Below, in pieces: positions 1 to 9,236 of a stretch of 51,211 nucleotides of DNA. The translations under genes and the position numbers were made by a program. Below the pieces are notes generated by a model, which had not been told where the DNA came from, made no database searches, and worked only from the letters and a program-made list of their open reading frames with translations. Within the stretch, counting starts at the first letter, position 1. Each line of letters opens with the position of its first letter. The DNA is from an uncultured Chitinophagaceae bacterium (lineage in GTDB: Bacteria > Bacteroidota > Bacteroidia > Chitinophagales > LD1), in assembly GCA_964552715.1 (NCBI GenBank), contig CAZKHZ010000001.1, positions 1-51,211 of the forward strand. The letters run 5' to 3'.

Positions 1-140
1 AAAGTGCTTTTCAAACACTTGGCTTCAATCACTCAAAGTACAACGGCATTATTGACGTTACTGGTATCGCGTTTTCAATTATTATTTCATTACTTTTCGC
101 CTCCATGCCGGTGGCGTTTTATTTAGGTTTAGTGAAGTAA
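1..140 (+). CDS. sdhC: 3' end of succinate dehydrogenase/fumarate reductase cytochrome b membrane-anchor subunit (partial)
   Basis: Frame 3 is open from the window edge to TAA at 138-140. It reads ...[45 protein letters not shown], a hydrophobic TM tail. It ends 23 nt before sdhA, in the Bacteroidota sdhCAB order. Identity is inferred from position and hydrophobicity only. Confidence 0.5.
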   Translation, partial: SAFQTLGFNHSKYNGIIDVTGIAFSIIISLLFASMPVAFYLGLVK

Positions 141-163
141 TTCAAAAATATTCAAACAGTTTT

Positions 164-2164
164 ATGTTAAACTTCAATTCAAAAATTCCCGAAGGTTCAT
201 TGCCCGAAAAATGGACCAAATACAAATCAAGTGTGTCATTGGTGAACCCTGCCAACAAGCGTAACTTGGAGATTATTGTTGTAGGCACTGGTCTTGCAGG
301 TGCATCGGCAGCGGCTTCGCTAGCAGAGATGGGCTATAAGGTGAAGGCATTTTGCTTTCAGGATTCGCCAAGAAGAGCACACTCTATTGCAGCACAGGGG
401 GGCATAAATGCAGCAAAGAATTATCAAAATGATGGCGACAGTGTTTATCGCCTTTTCTATGATACTATTAAAGGTGGCGACTATCGCTCTCGCGAAGCCA
501 ACGTCCACCGTTTGGCAGAGGTGAGTGGCAGCATTATTGACCAGTGTGTGGCACAAGGCGTTCCATTTGCACGCGAATACGGAGGCTTGTTGAGCAATCG
601 TTCTTTTGGTGGCACTCAAGTGCAAAGAACTTTCTACGCAGCGGGGCAAACCGGACAGCAATTATTGTTGGGTGCATACAGTGCCTTGCAGCGTCAAGTA
701 GGTATGGGCAATGTAACATTACATACCCGCCACGAAATGATGGATGTGGTAATGATAGACGGCAAAGCCCGTGGCATCATCGCTCGCGATTTGATTAGTG
801 GAAAATTAGAGCGTCATTTTGGTCATGCAGTATTGTTATGTACAGGTGGTTACGGAAACGTATTCTTCCTCTCTACCAATGCTATGGGCAGCAACGTTAC
901 CGCAGCATGGAAAGCGCACAAAAAGGGTGCCTACTTCGCCAATCCTTGTTTTACTCAAATTCATCCGACTTGTATTCCAGTTTCGGGCGACCATCAGTCT
1001 AAGTTGACTTTGATGAGCGAATCGCTTCGTAATGACGGTAGAATCTGGGTGCCGAAAAAATTGGAAGATGCTAAGGCTGTGCGCGAAGGAAAATTGAAAC
1101 CAAATAACATTAAAGAAGAAGACCGCGATTATTATTTAGAAAGAAGATATCCTGCCTTTGGAAACTTGGTGCCGCGTGATGTGGCAAGCCGCGCAGCCAA
1201 AGAAAGATGCGATACAGGTTATGGTGTGAACAAAACTGGGCAAGCAGTTTACTTAGATTATGCTGCGGCAATTGAACGCTATGGCAAAATTGAAGCTACT
1301 AAAAGCAACTTACACAATCCTGATTCGGCTACTATTATTACACTAGGTAATGCCGTGGTTAAAGAAAAATACGGCAACCTGTTTGATATGTATGCGCAAA
1401 TCACAGGCGTGAATCCTTATGATGAGCCAATGCAAATATACCCTGCTGTGCATTACACTATGGGCGGGTTGTGGGTGGACTACAACTTGATGACCACCGT
1501 GCCGGGCTTATACGCTTTGGGCGAAGCCAATTTTAGCGACCACGGTGCCAACCGATTGGGAGCTTCGGCTTTGATGCAAGGGTTGGCAGACGGTTACTTT
1601 GTAATTCCCTACACCATTGGTGAGTATTTAAGTACCGACATAAGAACCAAAGCCATTCCAACCGACCACGAAGCATTTGTGGAAGCCGAAAAAGCAGTGC
1701 AACAAACCTTAGATAAATTGATAAACATTAAAGGCACTAAGTCTGTTGATTATTTCCATAAAAAGTTAGGTAAAATAATTTGGGATGATTGCGGAATGGC
1801 GCGTAATGTTGAAAATCTAACCAAAGCTATTGCTCAAGTGCGTGCTTTGCGCGAAGAGTTTTGGAGGGATGTGCGTGTGCCAGGAACGGTGAATGAGTTC
1901 AACACTGAATTGGAAAAAGCAGGGCGCGTGGCAGATTTCTTGGGCTTAGGAGAATTGATGTGTTTGGATGCACTTACCCGAAACGAAAGTTGTGGAGGTC
2001 ACTTCCGCGAAGAATATCAAACCGAAGAGGGCGAGGCATTGCGCGATGACGAAAACTTCAGTTTTGTTTCGGCTTGGGAATTGACAGGCGACAATGAGTG
2101 GAAGCTGAACAAGGAAGCATTGGTGTACGAGAACATTAAAATTGCTGCAAGAAGCTATAAATAG
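164..2164 (+). CDS. sdhA: succinate dehydrogenase/fumarate reductase flavoprotein subunit
   Basis: 666-aa ORF. It has an N-terminal FAD Rossmann motif ([20 protein letters not shown]), [14 protein letters not shown] (covalent-FAD His region), HYTMGGL and [10 protein letters not shown]. It is followed by the Fe-S subunit. Confidence 0.95.
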   Translation: MLNFNSKIPEGSLPEKWTKYKSSVSLVNPANKRNLEIIVVGTGLAGASAAASLAEMGYKVKAFCFQDSPRRAHSIAAQGGINAAKNYQNDGDSVYRLFYDTIKGGDYRSREANVHRLAEVSGSIIDQCVAQGVPFAREYGGLLSNRSFGGTQVQRTFYAAGQTGQQLLLGAYSALQRQVGMGNVTLHTRHEMMDVVMIDGKARGIIARDLISGKLERHFGHAVLLCTGGYGNVFFLSTNAMGSNVTAAWKAHKKGAYFANPCFTQIHPTCIPVSGDHQSKLTLMSESLRNDGRIWVPKKLEDAKAVREGKLKPNNIKEEDRDYYLERRYPAFGNLVPRDVASRAAKERCDTGYGVNKTGQAVYLDYAAAIERYGKIEATKSNLHNPDSATIITLGNAVVKEKYGNLFDMYAQITGVNPYDEPMQIYPAVHYTMGGLWVDYNLMTTVPGLYALGEANFSDHGANRLGASALMQGLADGYFVIPYTIGEYLSTDIRTKAIPTDHEAFVEAEKAVQQTLDKLINIKGTKSVDYFHKKLGKIIWDDCGMARNVENLTKAIAQVRALREEFWRDVRVPGTVNEFNTELEKAGRVADFLGLGELMCLDALTRNESCGGHFREEYQTEEGEALRDDENFSFVSAWELTGDNEWKLNKEALVYENIKIAARSYK

Positions 2165-2249
2165 ACATTAGATGATAGATATTAGACTTTAGAAAATACA
2201 ATATCTACCACCCATTATAAACTAAGAGATAGAAGAAAATTGAAAAAAT

Positions 2250-2996
2250 ATGAAGATTACATTAAAAGTTTGGAGACAGAAGAACACGCAAGCTAAAGGT
2301 TCGTTTGAAACCTATAAACTTGACCATGTGGAGGAAGACATGTCTTTCCTCGAAATGTTTGATGTGTTGAATGAGCAACTTATCAATGAAGGCAAAGAGC
2401 CTGTGGTATTTGACCATGATTGTCGCGAAGGTATTTGCGGCATGTGTAGTATGTATATCAATGGTCGTCCGCACGGACCAAAAGATGCTGTAACCACCTG
2501 CCAGTTGCACATGCGCTCGTTTAAAGATGGCGACAACATTGTGGTAGAGCCGTGGCGTGCTGCAGCTTTCCCAGTATTAAAAGACTTGTCTGTTGATAGA
2601 AGTTCTTTCGATAGAATAATTGCTGCTGGAGGTTTTGTGAGTGTAAATACAGGTAATGCGCAAGACGCTAACTCGTTGCCAATTGGTAAAGAGATTGCAG
2701 ATGAAGCTTTTGCCAGTGCAGCTTGCATAGGTTGCGGAGCATGTGTAGCTGCTTGCAAAAACGCTAGTGCCATGTTGTTCGTTTCTGCAAAAGTTTCGCA
2801 ACTATCTATGTTGCCGCAAGGCAAAGCCGAAGCACATAAACGTGCATTGGCAATGGTGGCACAGATGGATGCCGAAGGCTTTGGCAACTGCACCAACACG
2901 GGTGCTTGCGAAGCAGAATGCCCTAAGGAAATTTCACTTTCTAACATTGCACGCTTGAATAGAGAATATCTTGGCGCGGCTTTGGTGTCAGAGTAA
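2250..2996 (+). CDS. sdhB: succinate dehydrogenase/fumarate reductase iron-sulfur subunit
   Basis: 248 aa with three Cys clusters: [11 protein letters not shown] (2Fe-2S), [11 protein letters not shown] (4Fe-4S) and [12 protein letters not shown] (3Fe-4S). It lies immediately downstream of sdhA. Confidence 0.95.
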   Translation: MKITLKVWRQKNTQAKGSFETYKLDHVEEDMSFLEMFDVLNEQLINEGKEPVVFDHDCREGICGMCSMYINGRPHGPKDAVTTCQLHMRSFKDGDNIVVEPWRAAAFPVLKDLSVDRSSFDRIIAAGGFVSVNTGNAQDANSLPIGKEIADEAFASAACIGCGACVAACKNASAMLFVSAKVSQLSMLPQGKAEAHKRALAMVAQMDAEGFGNCTNTGACEAECPKEISLSNIARLNREYLGAALVSE

Positions 2997-3021
2997 AACA
3001 GCATAAGTATTAGCAAATGGT

Positions 3022-3054
3022 AAAGGGGTGAAATTAATTTTTCACCCCTTTTTG
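3022..3054 (+). terminator. Rho-independent terminator after sdhB
   Basis: Hairpin AAAGGGGTGAAA / TTTCACCCCTT with a short AT loop, followed by a T-run, 26 nt after the sdhB stop. Confidence 0.8.
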
Positions 3055-3220
3055 TATTGTGACGTTCTGACTTTGTTTAGTTCATTTTGATGCAATAAAT
3101 TCGACTATCATAAATATTTAAACGGTATTAATTTCGTTCGTTAGTATTGAAATTTTTTCATTACTCGTTCAATCTTATCGGTGAAGAAAATTCTAGGCAT
3201 TGTAAGTTTAATTAAATGAC

Positions 3221-3228
3221 TATATTTG
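3221..3228 (+). promoter_or_regulatory. candidate Bacteroidota -7 promoter element (TAnnTTTG) for the HTH-Fic gene
   Basis: TATATTTG lies 22 nt upstream of the ATG at 3250. It is embedded in the inverted repeat ATGAC-N7-GTCAT (3216..3232). Motif match only. Confidence 0.3.
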
Positions 3229-3249
3229 TCATGCTAAATAAAGTCATGT

Positions 3250-4302
3250 ATGAAAATTATTATTAAAAATGCTAGAGAACAAAAGGGTTTGTTGGTGCGC
3301 GAAGTGGCGCAGGCATTAGGTATTGATGCAGCTTTGGTAAGTAAATTTGAAAGTGGAGCACGAAAGCCCACCAAAGTGCAAGTGCAAAAACTAGCTATTT
3401 TATTGGGCATCAAAGCAGACGAATTGATGGTTCTGTGGATGAAAGAAAGAATCTTGGATGAAATTGGCGATGATGATTTGGGATATAGAGCATTGGTATT
3501 AGCCGAGGCAGAAGTAAAGTATCGAAAGATAAAAAGCAAGCCTTCTCCTTTGCCTAAGCAACTCAAATCATTGATTACTGAAATCGACAAACTAAAAAAA
3601 CAACTCAACAAGTTTCGTCATTTAGATAGCTATCGCATTGCGCAGGCTTTGGAGTTGGAATATACTTTTGAGAGCAACCGCATTGAGGGTAACACGCTTA
3701 CCCTTAAAGAAACCGATTTAGTTATTAATGAAGGTTTAACAATTTCGGGCAAGTCCATGCGTGAGCATTTAGAGGCAATCAATCACAAGGATGCTATAGA
3801 GTATGTAAAGCACTTGGTAGAAAAAAACACAACGCTCAATGAGCGTGAGTTACTTTCTATTCATAATTTAATATTGCGAGGCATAGAGCCGCAAAATGCA
3901 GGTCGCTATCGCAATGTGCAGGTGATGATAAAAGGAAGCAAACACCTGCCGCCCGCGCCCTATTTAGTTGCAAAACAAATGGAAGATTGTTTTTTGTGGT
4001 TTGAGGCTAACAAGTCAAAACTCCATCCGGTGTTGTTGGCTGCAGAAATGCACGAACGAGTAGTTACTGTTCATCCTTTTATTGATGGAAACGGCAGAAC
4101 TTCTCGTTTGATAATGAACCTAATTTTGCTCAAGCATGGCTTCGTAATTGCAAACATCAAGGGCGATGCTAAAAGTAGAATTGCGTACTACACTGCTTTA
4201 GAAGTTGCGCAATCGGAAGGTAACAAAGTTCCTTTCTTTGAATTTATTGCCGAAACCGAGCTAGTTGCATTGCAACGCTACTTGAGTGTAATAAGTAAAT
4301 AG
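3250..4302 (+). CDS. XRE-type HTH domain fused to a Fic/Fido (AMPylase-type) domain
   Basis: The N-terminus NAREQKGLLVREVAQALGIDAALVSKFESGARKP is a typical XRE HTH. The canonical Fic motif HPFIDGNGRTSRL is present. The upstream motif SNRIEG fits the (S/T)xxxE(G/N) inhibitory-helix signature. Confidence 0.9.
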   Translation: MKIIIKNAREQKGLLVREVAQALGIDAALVSKFESGARKPTKVQVQKLAILLGIKADELMVLWMKERILDEIGDDDLGYRALVLAEAEVKYRKIKSKPSPLPKQLKSLITEIDKLKKQLNKFRHLDSYRIAQALELEYTFESNRIEGNTLTLKETDLVINEGLTISGKSMREHLEAINHKDAIEYVKHLVEKNTTLNERELLSIHNLILRGIEPQNAGRYRNVQVMIKGSKHLPPAPYLVAKQMEDCFLWFEANKSKLHPVLLAAEMHERVVTVHPFIDGNGRTSRLIMNLILLKHGFVIANIKGDAKSRIAYYTALEVAQSEGNKVPFFEFIAETELVALQRYLSVISK

Positions 4303-4325
4303 TTTAAAGGTAATATCTGTGTTAT

Positions 4326-4354
4326 GAGGTTGGTGGAAACATCAGCCTCTTTTT
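4326..4354 (+). terminator. Rho-independent terminator after the Fic gene
   Basis: GAGGTTGGTG-GAAA-CATCAGCCTC forms a 10-bp stem (two G-U pairs) with a GAAA tetraloop, followed by TTTTT. Confidence 0.7.
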
Positions 4355-4429
4355 GCTTTATTCATCTTTAAAGTATCCGTTAAACATTTTTCTACAAAAT
4401 CTGTTTAATTTGCTTCATTTAGGAGAGAC

Positions 4430-6820
4430 ATGAACAAATTTTTTTGTATTTTGGCACTACTGTTTTCTGTAGTGTTAGGTTTTGCACAAACAGGCATTGT
4501 AAAAGGTAAAGTAACAGAGAGCGGCAGTGGCATACCAGTGGAGTTTGCTACAGTTGCTGTTGACGGCACCACACAGGGTGCGCAAACAGATGCGAAAGGC
4601 GAGTTTATTATTGAAAGCCTCAAAGCTGGTTTGGTAAATATAAAAGTTTCGAGCATCGGTTTTAAGACAAAAACGGTGTATGAAATAGAAGTTACCAATG
4701 GCAAGCCACAGATTTTAAGCATAGAAATTGAGCCTTCTTCGCAGGAGTTGAGTGCTGTGGAAATTACGGCATCACCTTTTACCAAAATGGAAGAAAGTCC
4801 GGTGAGTATGCGCACTATAGGTACCAACGAAATACAACGCTACCCGGGTGGCAATCGCGACATTTCTAAAGTAATTCAGTCTTTGCCAGGTGTGGGTTTC
4901 ACGGCTTCATTCCGCAATGATATTTTGATTCGTGGTGGCGGACCTTCCGAAAACAAATTCTATTTAGATGGCATTGAAATTCCTGTAATCAATCACTTTG
5001 CTACACAAGGCGCAGGTGGTGGGCCGGTGGGTTTGATTAACGTTGATTTTATACGCGAAGTAAATTTTTATAGTGGTGCATTTCCTGCCAACCGTGGCAA
5101 CTCGCTCAGTTCAATTATGGATATTCGATTGAAAGACGGGCGTGAAGATCGTTGGGGCGGCACACTCACTTTGGGCAGCAGCGAGTTTGCTGCATCTATG
5201 GAAACACCACTTAATAAAAAGAAAAGCGCCACCCTTATCGCCTCGGTTCGCTACTCTTATTTGCAGTTTCTTTTTCAGGCTTTAAAACTTCCTTTTTTGC
5301 CAACCTACTCTGATGCACAGTTTAAAATAAAGTGGAAAATAAGCCCTAAGGACGAATTGATTGTATTGTCGCTTGGCGCACTCGACCAATTCAAATTAAA
5401 TCTAAAAGCAAATGAAACAGAAAGCCAGCGTTTCTTGCTTGGCACACTTCCCGAACAAGGGCAATGGAATTATTCTATTGGTGCAAAATACACCCACTAC
5501 TTCGATAAAAGTTATTTGCAAGTGGTTGCTAGCCGAAATATGTTGAGCAACTCCTTTGTAAAATACGTTGACAATGATAAAAACTTAGCAAAAACTTTTG
5601 ATTACAATTCGCAAGAAAGCGAAAACAAATTACGCATTGAACACACTGGTAGAGTAAGTGGATGGAAGTATAATTATGGCGTAAATTATGAGTATGCGCG
5701 ATACTACAATCGTAGTTCGTTTTCGAGAGTTTCTACAGGTGAATTAGTACCAACCTTAGTGCAATTTGAAAGCACGCTAACCATGCATAAGTATGGCATG
5801 TTTGCTCAGTTTAGCCGTTCCTTCTTTAAAGATAGATTGTTGTTCTCCTCTGGTATTCGTTTCGATGGAAATTCATACAACAAAAGTATGGCAGCAATGG
5901 CAAATCAAATTTCGCCACGCGTATCGCTTTCTTATGCAGTTACCGATGGCTTTAAGTTGAATTTCAACACAGGCTACTACCATCAATTACCGGCATACAC
6001 CATTCTGGGTTATCGCGATTCTGCGAATGTTTTAGCCAACAAAAGTGATTTGACATACATGCGCAACGTACACGTGGTGTTGGGTGCAGAATATAGTTTC
6101 AAATGGAATGCACGCGTTTCTGTAGAAGGTTTCTACAAGCAATATTACAATGTGCCATTTCTTACAAATGACTCTGTTTCCCTATCCAATCAAGGTGGAA
6201 ATTTTGGTGTAGTGGGTAACGAACCTGGCAAATCGCAGAGTAAAGGCAGAAGCTACGGCATGGAAGTTTTATACGAGCAAAAATTATTTAAAGGCTGGTA
6301 TGGCATCGTGGCTTATACATTGTTTTGGAGTCAGTTTGAAGACATTCGCAAAAAAGATTACGCGCCCTCTGCTTGGGATACGCGCCATATTATCAGCATC
6401 ACAGGAGGTAAAAAGTTCAAGAAGAACTGGGAGGTTGGAGCACGCTGGAGAATGAGTGGTGGAGCGCCTTTCACACCCTTTGATATTGCTGCATCTACCT
6501 CAATTGCGGCATGGCCTTTTAACCGACAAGCTGTAATCAACTATGCTGAATTGAATAGTGATAGATTAAATTGGTTTCATCAATTAGATATTCGTGTTAC
6601 TAAACGTTGGTACTTCAAAAAGTGGAGTTTTGAATTGTATTTAGATATTCAAAATGCTTATGCCTTTGCGCCCGACCAAGGCGCTACTTTAATTGTACAA
6701 ACAGATGCCAATAACTTACCAATTGCAGATCCAAACCGTTCTGGATTTGCACAATATAACTTAGACAGAACTCGCAATCGCACAGTAATTCCTAGCTTGG
6801 GTTTTGTAATTTATTATTAA
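4430..6820 (+). CDS. TonB-dependent outer-membrane receptor with carboxypeptidase-regulatory-like N-domain
   Basis: 796 aa. It has a signal peptide (MNKFFCILALLFSVVLGFAQ), a CarbopepD_reg-like segment (GIVKGKVTESGSGIPVEFATVAV), a plug region (DISKVIQSLPGV, IRGGGPSENKFYLDGIE), and a long beta-rich C-terminus ending in an aromatic residue (...GFVIYY). Confidence 0.85.
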   Translation: MNKFFCILALLFSVVLGFAQTGIVKGKVTESGSGIPVEFATVAVDGTTQGAQTDAKGEFIIESLKAGLVNIKVSSIGFKTKTVYEIEVTNGKPQILSIEIEPSSQELSAVEITASPFTKMEESPVSMRTIGTNEIQRYPGGNRDISKVIQSLPGVGFTASFRNDILIRGGGPSENKFYLDGIEIPVINHFATQGAGGGPVGLINVDFIREVNFYSGAFPANRGNSLSSIMDIRLKDGREDRWGGTLTLGSSEFAASMETPLNKKKSATLIASVRYSYLQFLFQALKLPFLPTYSDAQFKIKWKISPKDELIVLSLGALDQFKLNLKANETESQRFLLGTLPEQGQWNYSIGAKYTHYFDKSYLQVVASRNMLSNSFVKYVDNDKNLAKTFDYNSQESENKLRIEHTGRVSGWKYNYGVNYEYARYYNRSSFSRVSTGELVPTLVQFESTLTMHKYGMFAQFSRSFFKDRLLFSSGIRFDGNSYNKSMAAMANQISPRVSLSYAVTDGFKLNFNTGYYHQLPAYTILGYRDSANVLANKSDLTYMRNVHVVLGAEYSFKWNARVSVEGFYKQYYNVPFLTNDSVSLSNQGGNFGVVGNEPGKSQSKGRSYGMEVLYEQKLFKGWYGIVAYTLFWSQFEDIRKKDYAPSAWDTRHIISITGGKKFKKNWEVGARWRMSGGAPFTPFDIAASTSIAAWPFNRQAVINYAELNSDRLNWFHQLDIRVTKRWYFKKWSFELYLDIQNAYAFAPDQGATLIVQTDANNLPIADPNRSGFAQYNLDRTRNRTVIPSLGFVIYY

Positions 6821-6905
6821 GCATCAATCCTACAGAATACAAAGTGCTGGTGGATTGTGAAGTAGATTGAGACAATTTTAGAATACAGAAGTAAAATCGG
6901 AAAAT

Positions 6906-7727
6906 CTAAACTTGCTTGCTGCGCTTTTGCAAAAGCGATACAAGAATTGGCAACACAAATAAGCTAACCGTAGTGAGCGAAAAGTACAAATCAGCCCTTT
7001 CGCTTTCTACAATGTGACAAAAAGCACTTTCGGTAAAATAGTGGCAGGCAAAAGACAAGCACAGTTTCAAACCCAGCAAACCAATAATGCCAAAGGCAAC
7101 CATATCCAGAAAAGGGAAACGCTCCATCAGCGAAACAAAATATCCCGCCACAATACGCATGGTAATGATGCCGATAAACACACCCATGCACACCAGATAA
7201 ATATTATCGGTAAAAGCAACGGCAGCAAACACATTGTCTAATGAAAATGTTAGATCCATCACCTCTACCTGCAATACTACACTCCAAAAAAGGGATAGCC
7301 CCAGTATCTGTTTCGGGTGCTTAACTTCCATCTCCAACTCCTCGCCTTCTATTTGCAGTATGTTTTCTTTTTTGGTAAAATGTTTGTAGAAATAAGCAAG
7401 ACTTAAGTAAAGCAAATATCCACCGCCCAACAATTTCAATACATTGATTTTAATAAGCCAGCTTGCAAAGAACAATGCTGTGCCCCTAAAAATGTAAGCC
7501 AGCACCAAGCCTATTTTTAAAGCCCTTCTGCGCTGTTTTTCATCGGGCAAGTCCATCACCATCGTAGCCAGCACCGCAGCATTATCAATGCTCAAAAGAC
7601 TTTCGATAAGAATAAGATTTAGTATTACCAAACCCGCAGCTTTTAAATCGCTACCCAAATACTGATGAAGAAATTCTATGATTGTTTCCACTAAGGATAA
7701 TTGAGGCTGCAAATGTAAATGCTGCAA
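6906..7727 (-). CDS. TerC-family integral membrane protein
   Basis: Polytopic membrane protein with the paired motifs LLSIDNAAVLA and FSLDNVFAAVAF, typical of the TerC family. The listed start is TTG; an internal GTG at 7691 is an alternative. Confidence 0.75.
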   Translation of the reverse strand: MQHLHLQPQLSLVETIIEFLHQYLGSDLKAAGLVILNLILIESLLSIDNAAVLATMVMDLPDEKQRRRALKIGLVLAYIFRGTALFFASWLIKINVLKLLGGGYLLYLSLAYFYKHFTKKENILQIEGEELEMEVKHPKQILGLSLFWSVVLQVEVMDLTFSLDNVFAAVAFTDNIYLVCMGVFIGIITMRIVAGYFVSLMERFPFLDMVAFGIIGLLGLKLCLSFACHYFTESAFCHIVESERADLYFSLTTVSLFVLPILVSLLQKRSKQV

Positions 7728-7798
7728 ACTATTTTAGGCAAAATGTTTTTACGTTCTTGCCTCTCTTTCCTCATCCCTCGCCCTTCGTCCCCCGTCCC

Positions 7799-8371
7799 TC
7801 AATAGTTATACTTCGGTTGCCAACCATTCACTTTGTTCGGGAGCAAATCCAACAAATGCCAAACCGAACAGTAAGTATCACCAGGTCCTAAAAAGTCGTA
7901 GTTCACTCTAAACACACCTTCGTCTGTTTTTTTAAAAGTAGAAACACCAGGCAAATACGATTCGGTATCTTTTTCAAAACCCAAATCTTTAATAAAGGAA
8001 CTTTCCTGTGCAGAAAGCATATTGAATTGCCAGTTGCGACTGGCTGCAAATTCCTTTTGCACCTCGGGTGCATCAGGCGAAACCACCACAAAAGGAGCGC
8101 GGTCGGCAAGCGGTAAACGAATGCCGTTAATTTCATCTGCTCACAACGTATAGTAAACACAACTCTTGCCCATGTTATGCACCACCAGCAGCTCGTTGCG
8201 CTCATCAAAAAATGAATACAAATTAATTGGTTGATTCTGATGGTTCAGCAAAGTGTAATCAATCACTGCTTCGGGCTGCCATTGTTTTCGCAACTTCGAA
8301 ATTTCTTTACGCTTGTTTGTAATTTCGTTTTGAATGGTTTCGATTTGCGCAAATAAATTATCATTTAGCAT
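7799..8371 (-). pseudogene. DUF899-like thioredoxin-fold protein interrupted by a single in-frame TGA
   Basis: ORFs 8141..8371 and 7799..8089 are in the same frame (282 nt apart). The read-through is ...VVHNMGKSCVYYTL*ADEINGIRLPLADRAPFVVVSPDAPEVQKEF.... The only stop is TGA at 8141..8143. The family assignment is from memory of the C-x-x-C...WAD region and the coiled-coil N-terminus. Confidence 0.55.
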
Positions 8372-8441
8372 CTCTGTAATTTTGAGGCAATTTAAACGTT
8401 TACATAAATACTGAATCTTCTTCCAAAATAATTTTGTTCAA

Positions 8442-9068
8442 ATGAAATCACTTACAATCTTACTACTATCGTTTTTATTGTTACCCATAGACCCAGATGC
8501 TTATCTAAATAGTATCAAAGGTTTTGCTGACGAAAGTTTTTTTAAAGCAGAGGTTTATGCAAAACACGATTGGCAATCATTTGAAAAACTGCCCGAACCA
8601 AACACCATAGTTCAGACAAAAGATTTTGATTTGCACCTGATGAATGCTTGTTTGTTTTTTGTTTCAAACAAAATGCGTCAATCAAAAAAAGTAGCACCGC
8701 TTACCTATTCCGAAGGCATACGAAATGCATCCTTGGTTCATTCAAATGAAATGGTTACGAAACAGTTTTACAGCCATATCAATTCAAAGAATACCGAACT
8801 GCGCGCACCAGACAATCGCATGAGAATGTTTGGAATTAGCAATGTGCCTATGGCAGAAAATATCCACAGGTTTCCATTTATTCCAAACGAAACTACATAC
8901 CTGAAACTAGCGCAAGATATCATGGATGATTTTTATAAGTCTGAAGGACACAGACTTAACCTGATGAACAAAAATTTTACCCACTCAGGCTGCGCTGCCA
9001 CTTGGGAATACAGCCCAAAAGAAAAATATCACTTCGCAAAAGTAACACAGTGTTTTGTGCGTCTTTGA
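8442..9068 (+). CDS. CAP/SCP (PR-1-like) domain protein, secreted
   Basis: It has a signal peptide (MKSLTILLLSFLLLP) and the CAP-like motifs HSNEMVTKQFYSHINSKN and GHRLNLMNKNFTHSGCA. Confidence 0.65.
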   Translation: MKSLTILLLSFLLLPIDPDAYLNSIKGFADESFFKAEVYAKHDWQSFEKLPEPNTIVQTKDFDLHLMNACLFFVSNKMRQSKKVAPLTYSEGIRNASLVHSNEMVTKQFYSHINSKNTELRAPDNRMRMFGISNVPMAENIHRFPFIPNETTYLKLAQDIMDDFYKSEGHRLNLMNKNFTHSGCAATWEYSPKEKYHFAKVTQCFVRL

Positions 9069-9236
9069 ATGAGTAGTTTTATTCCTTGTATAAACGAAGC
9101 GACAAACAAATTTTGCAACCAAATGTTGAAAACAGAAGTCACTATCGAAACATTTTTCATTTTTTTCTTGAATATCTGACTAAAATCATATTTTCGGTGC
9201 TTCTGATTTAAATTTATTAAGACACTTTAATTGGTT

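Noticed and set aside
2312-3016. The 234-aa minus-strand ORF, and other antisense ORFs at 320..661, 534..719, 2262..2510 and 2577..2801.
   Set aside because: They are antisense to the strongly supported sdhA and sdhB genes. They have Ala/Ser/Cys-rich shadow-frame composition and no motifs.
7728-7800. A possible yybP-ykoY (Mn2+) riboswitch upstream of the TerC-family gene. The sequences GGGGGACGA and AGGCAAGAAC loosely resemble conserved riboswitch segments.
   Set aside because: The two look-alike segments are only ~30 nt apart, compared with ~85 nt in known examples. I could not draw the four-helix pairing. An Rfam RF00080 scan would settle it.
8090-8143. Selenocysteine or genetic-code reassignment at the in-frame TGA.
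   Set aside because: TGA terminates other well-supported genes in the window. The stop appears to align with Trp rather than Cys. No sel genes or convincing SECIS hairpin were seen. A nonsense mutation or sequencing error is more parsimonious.
7903-8208. The 101-aa ORF bridging the two halves of the DUF899-like gene, as evidence for a frameshift.
   Set aside because: The two halves are in the same frame and are separated only by one TGA. This ORF is in a different frame with Trp/Cys/Arg-rich shadow composition.
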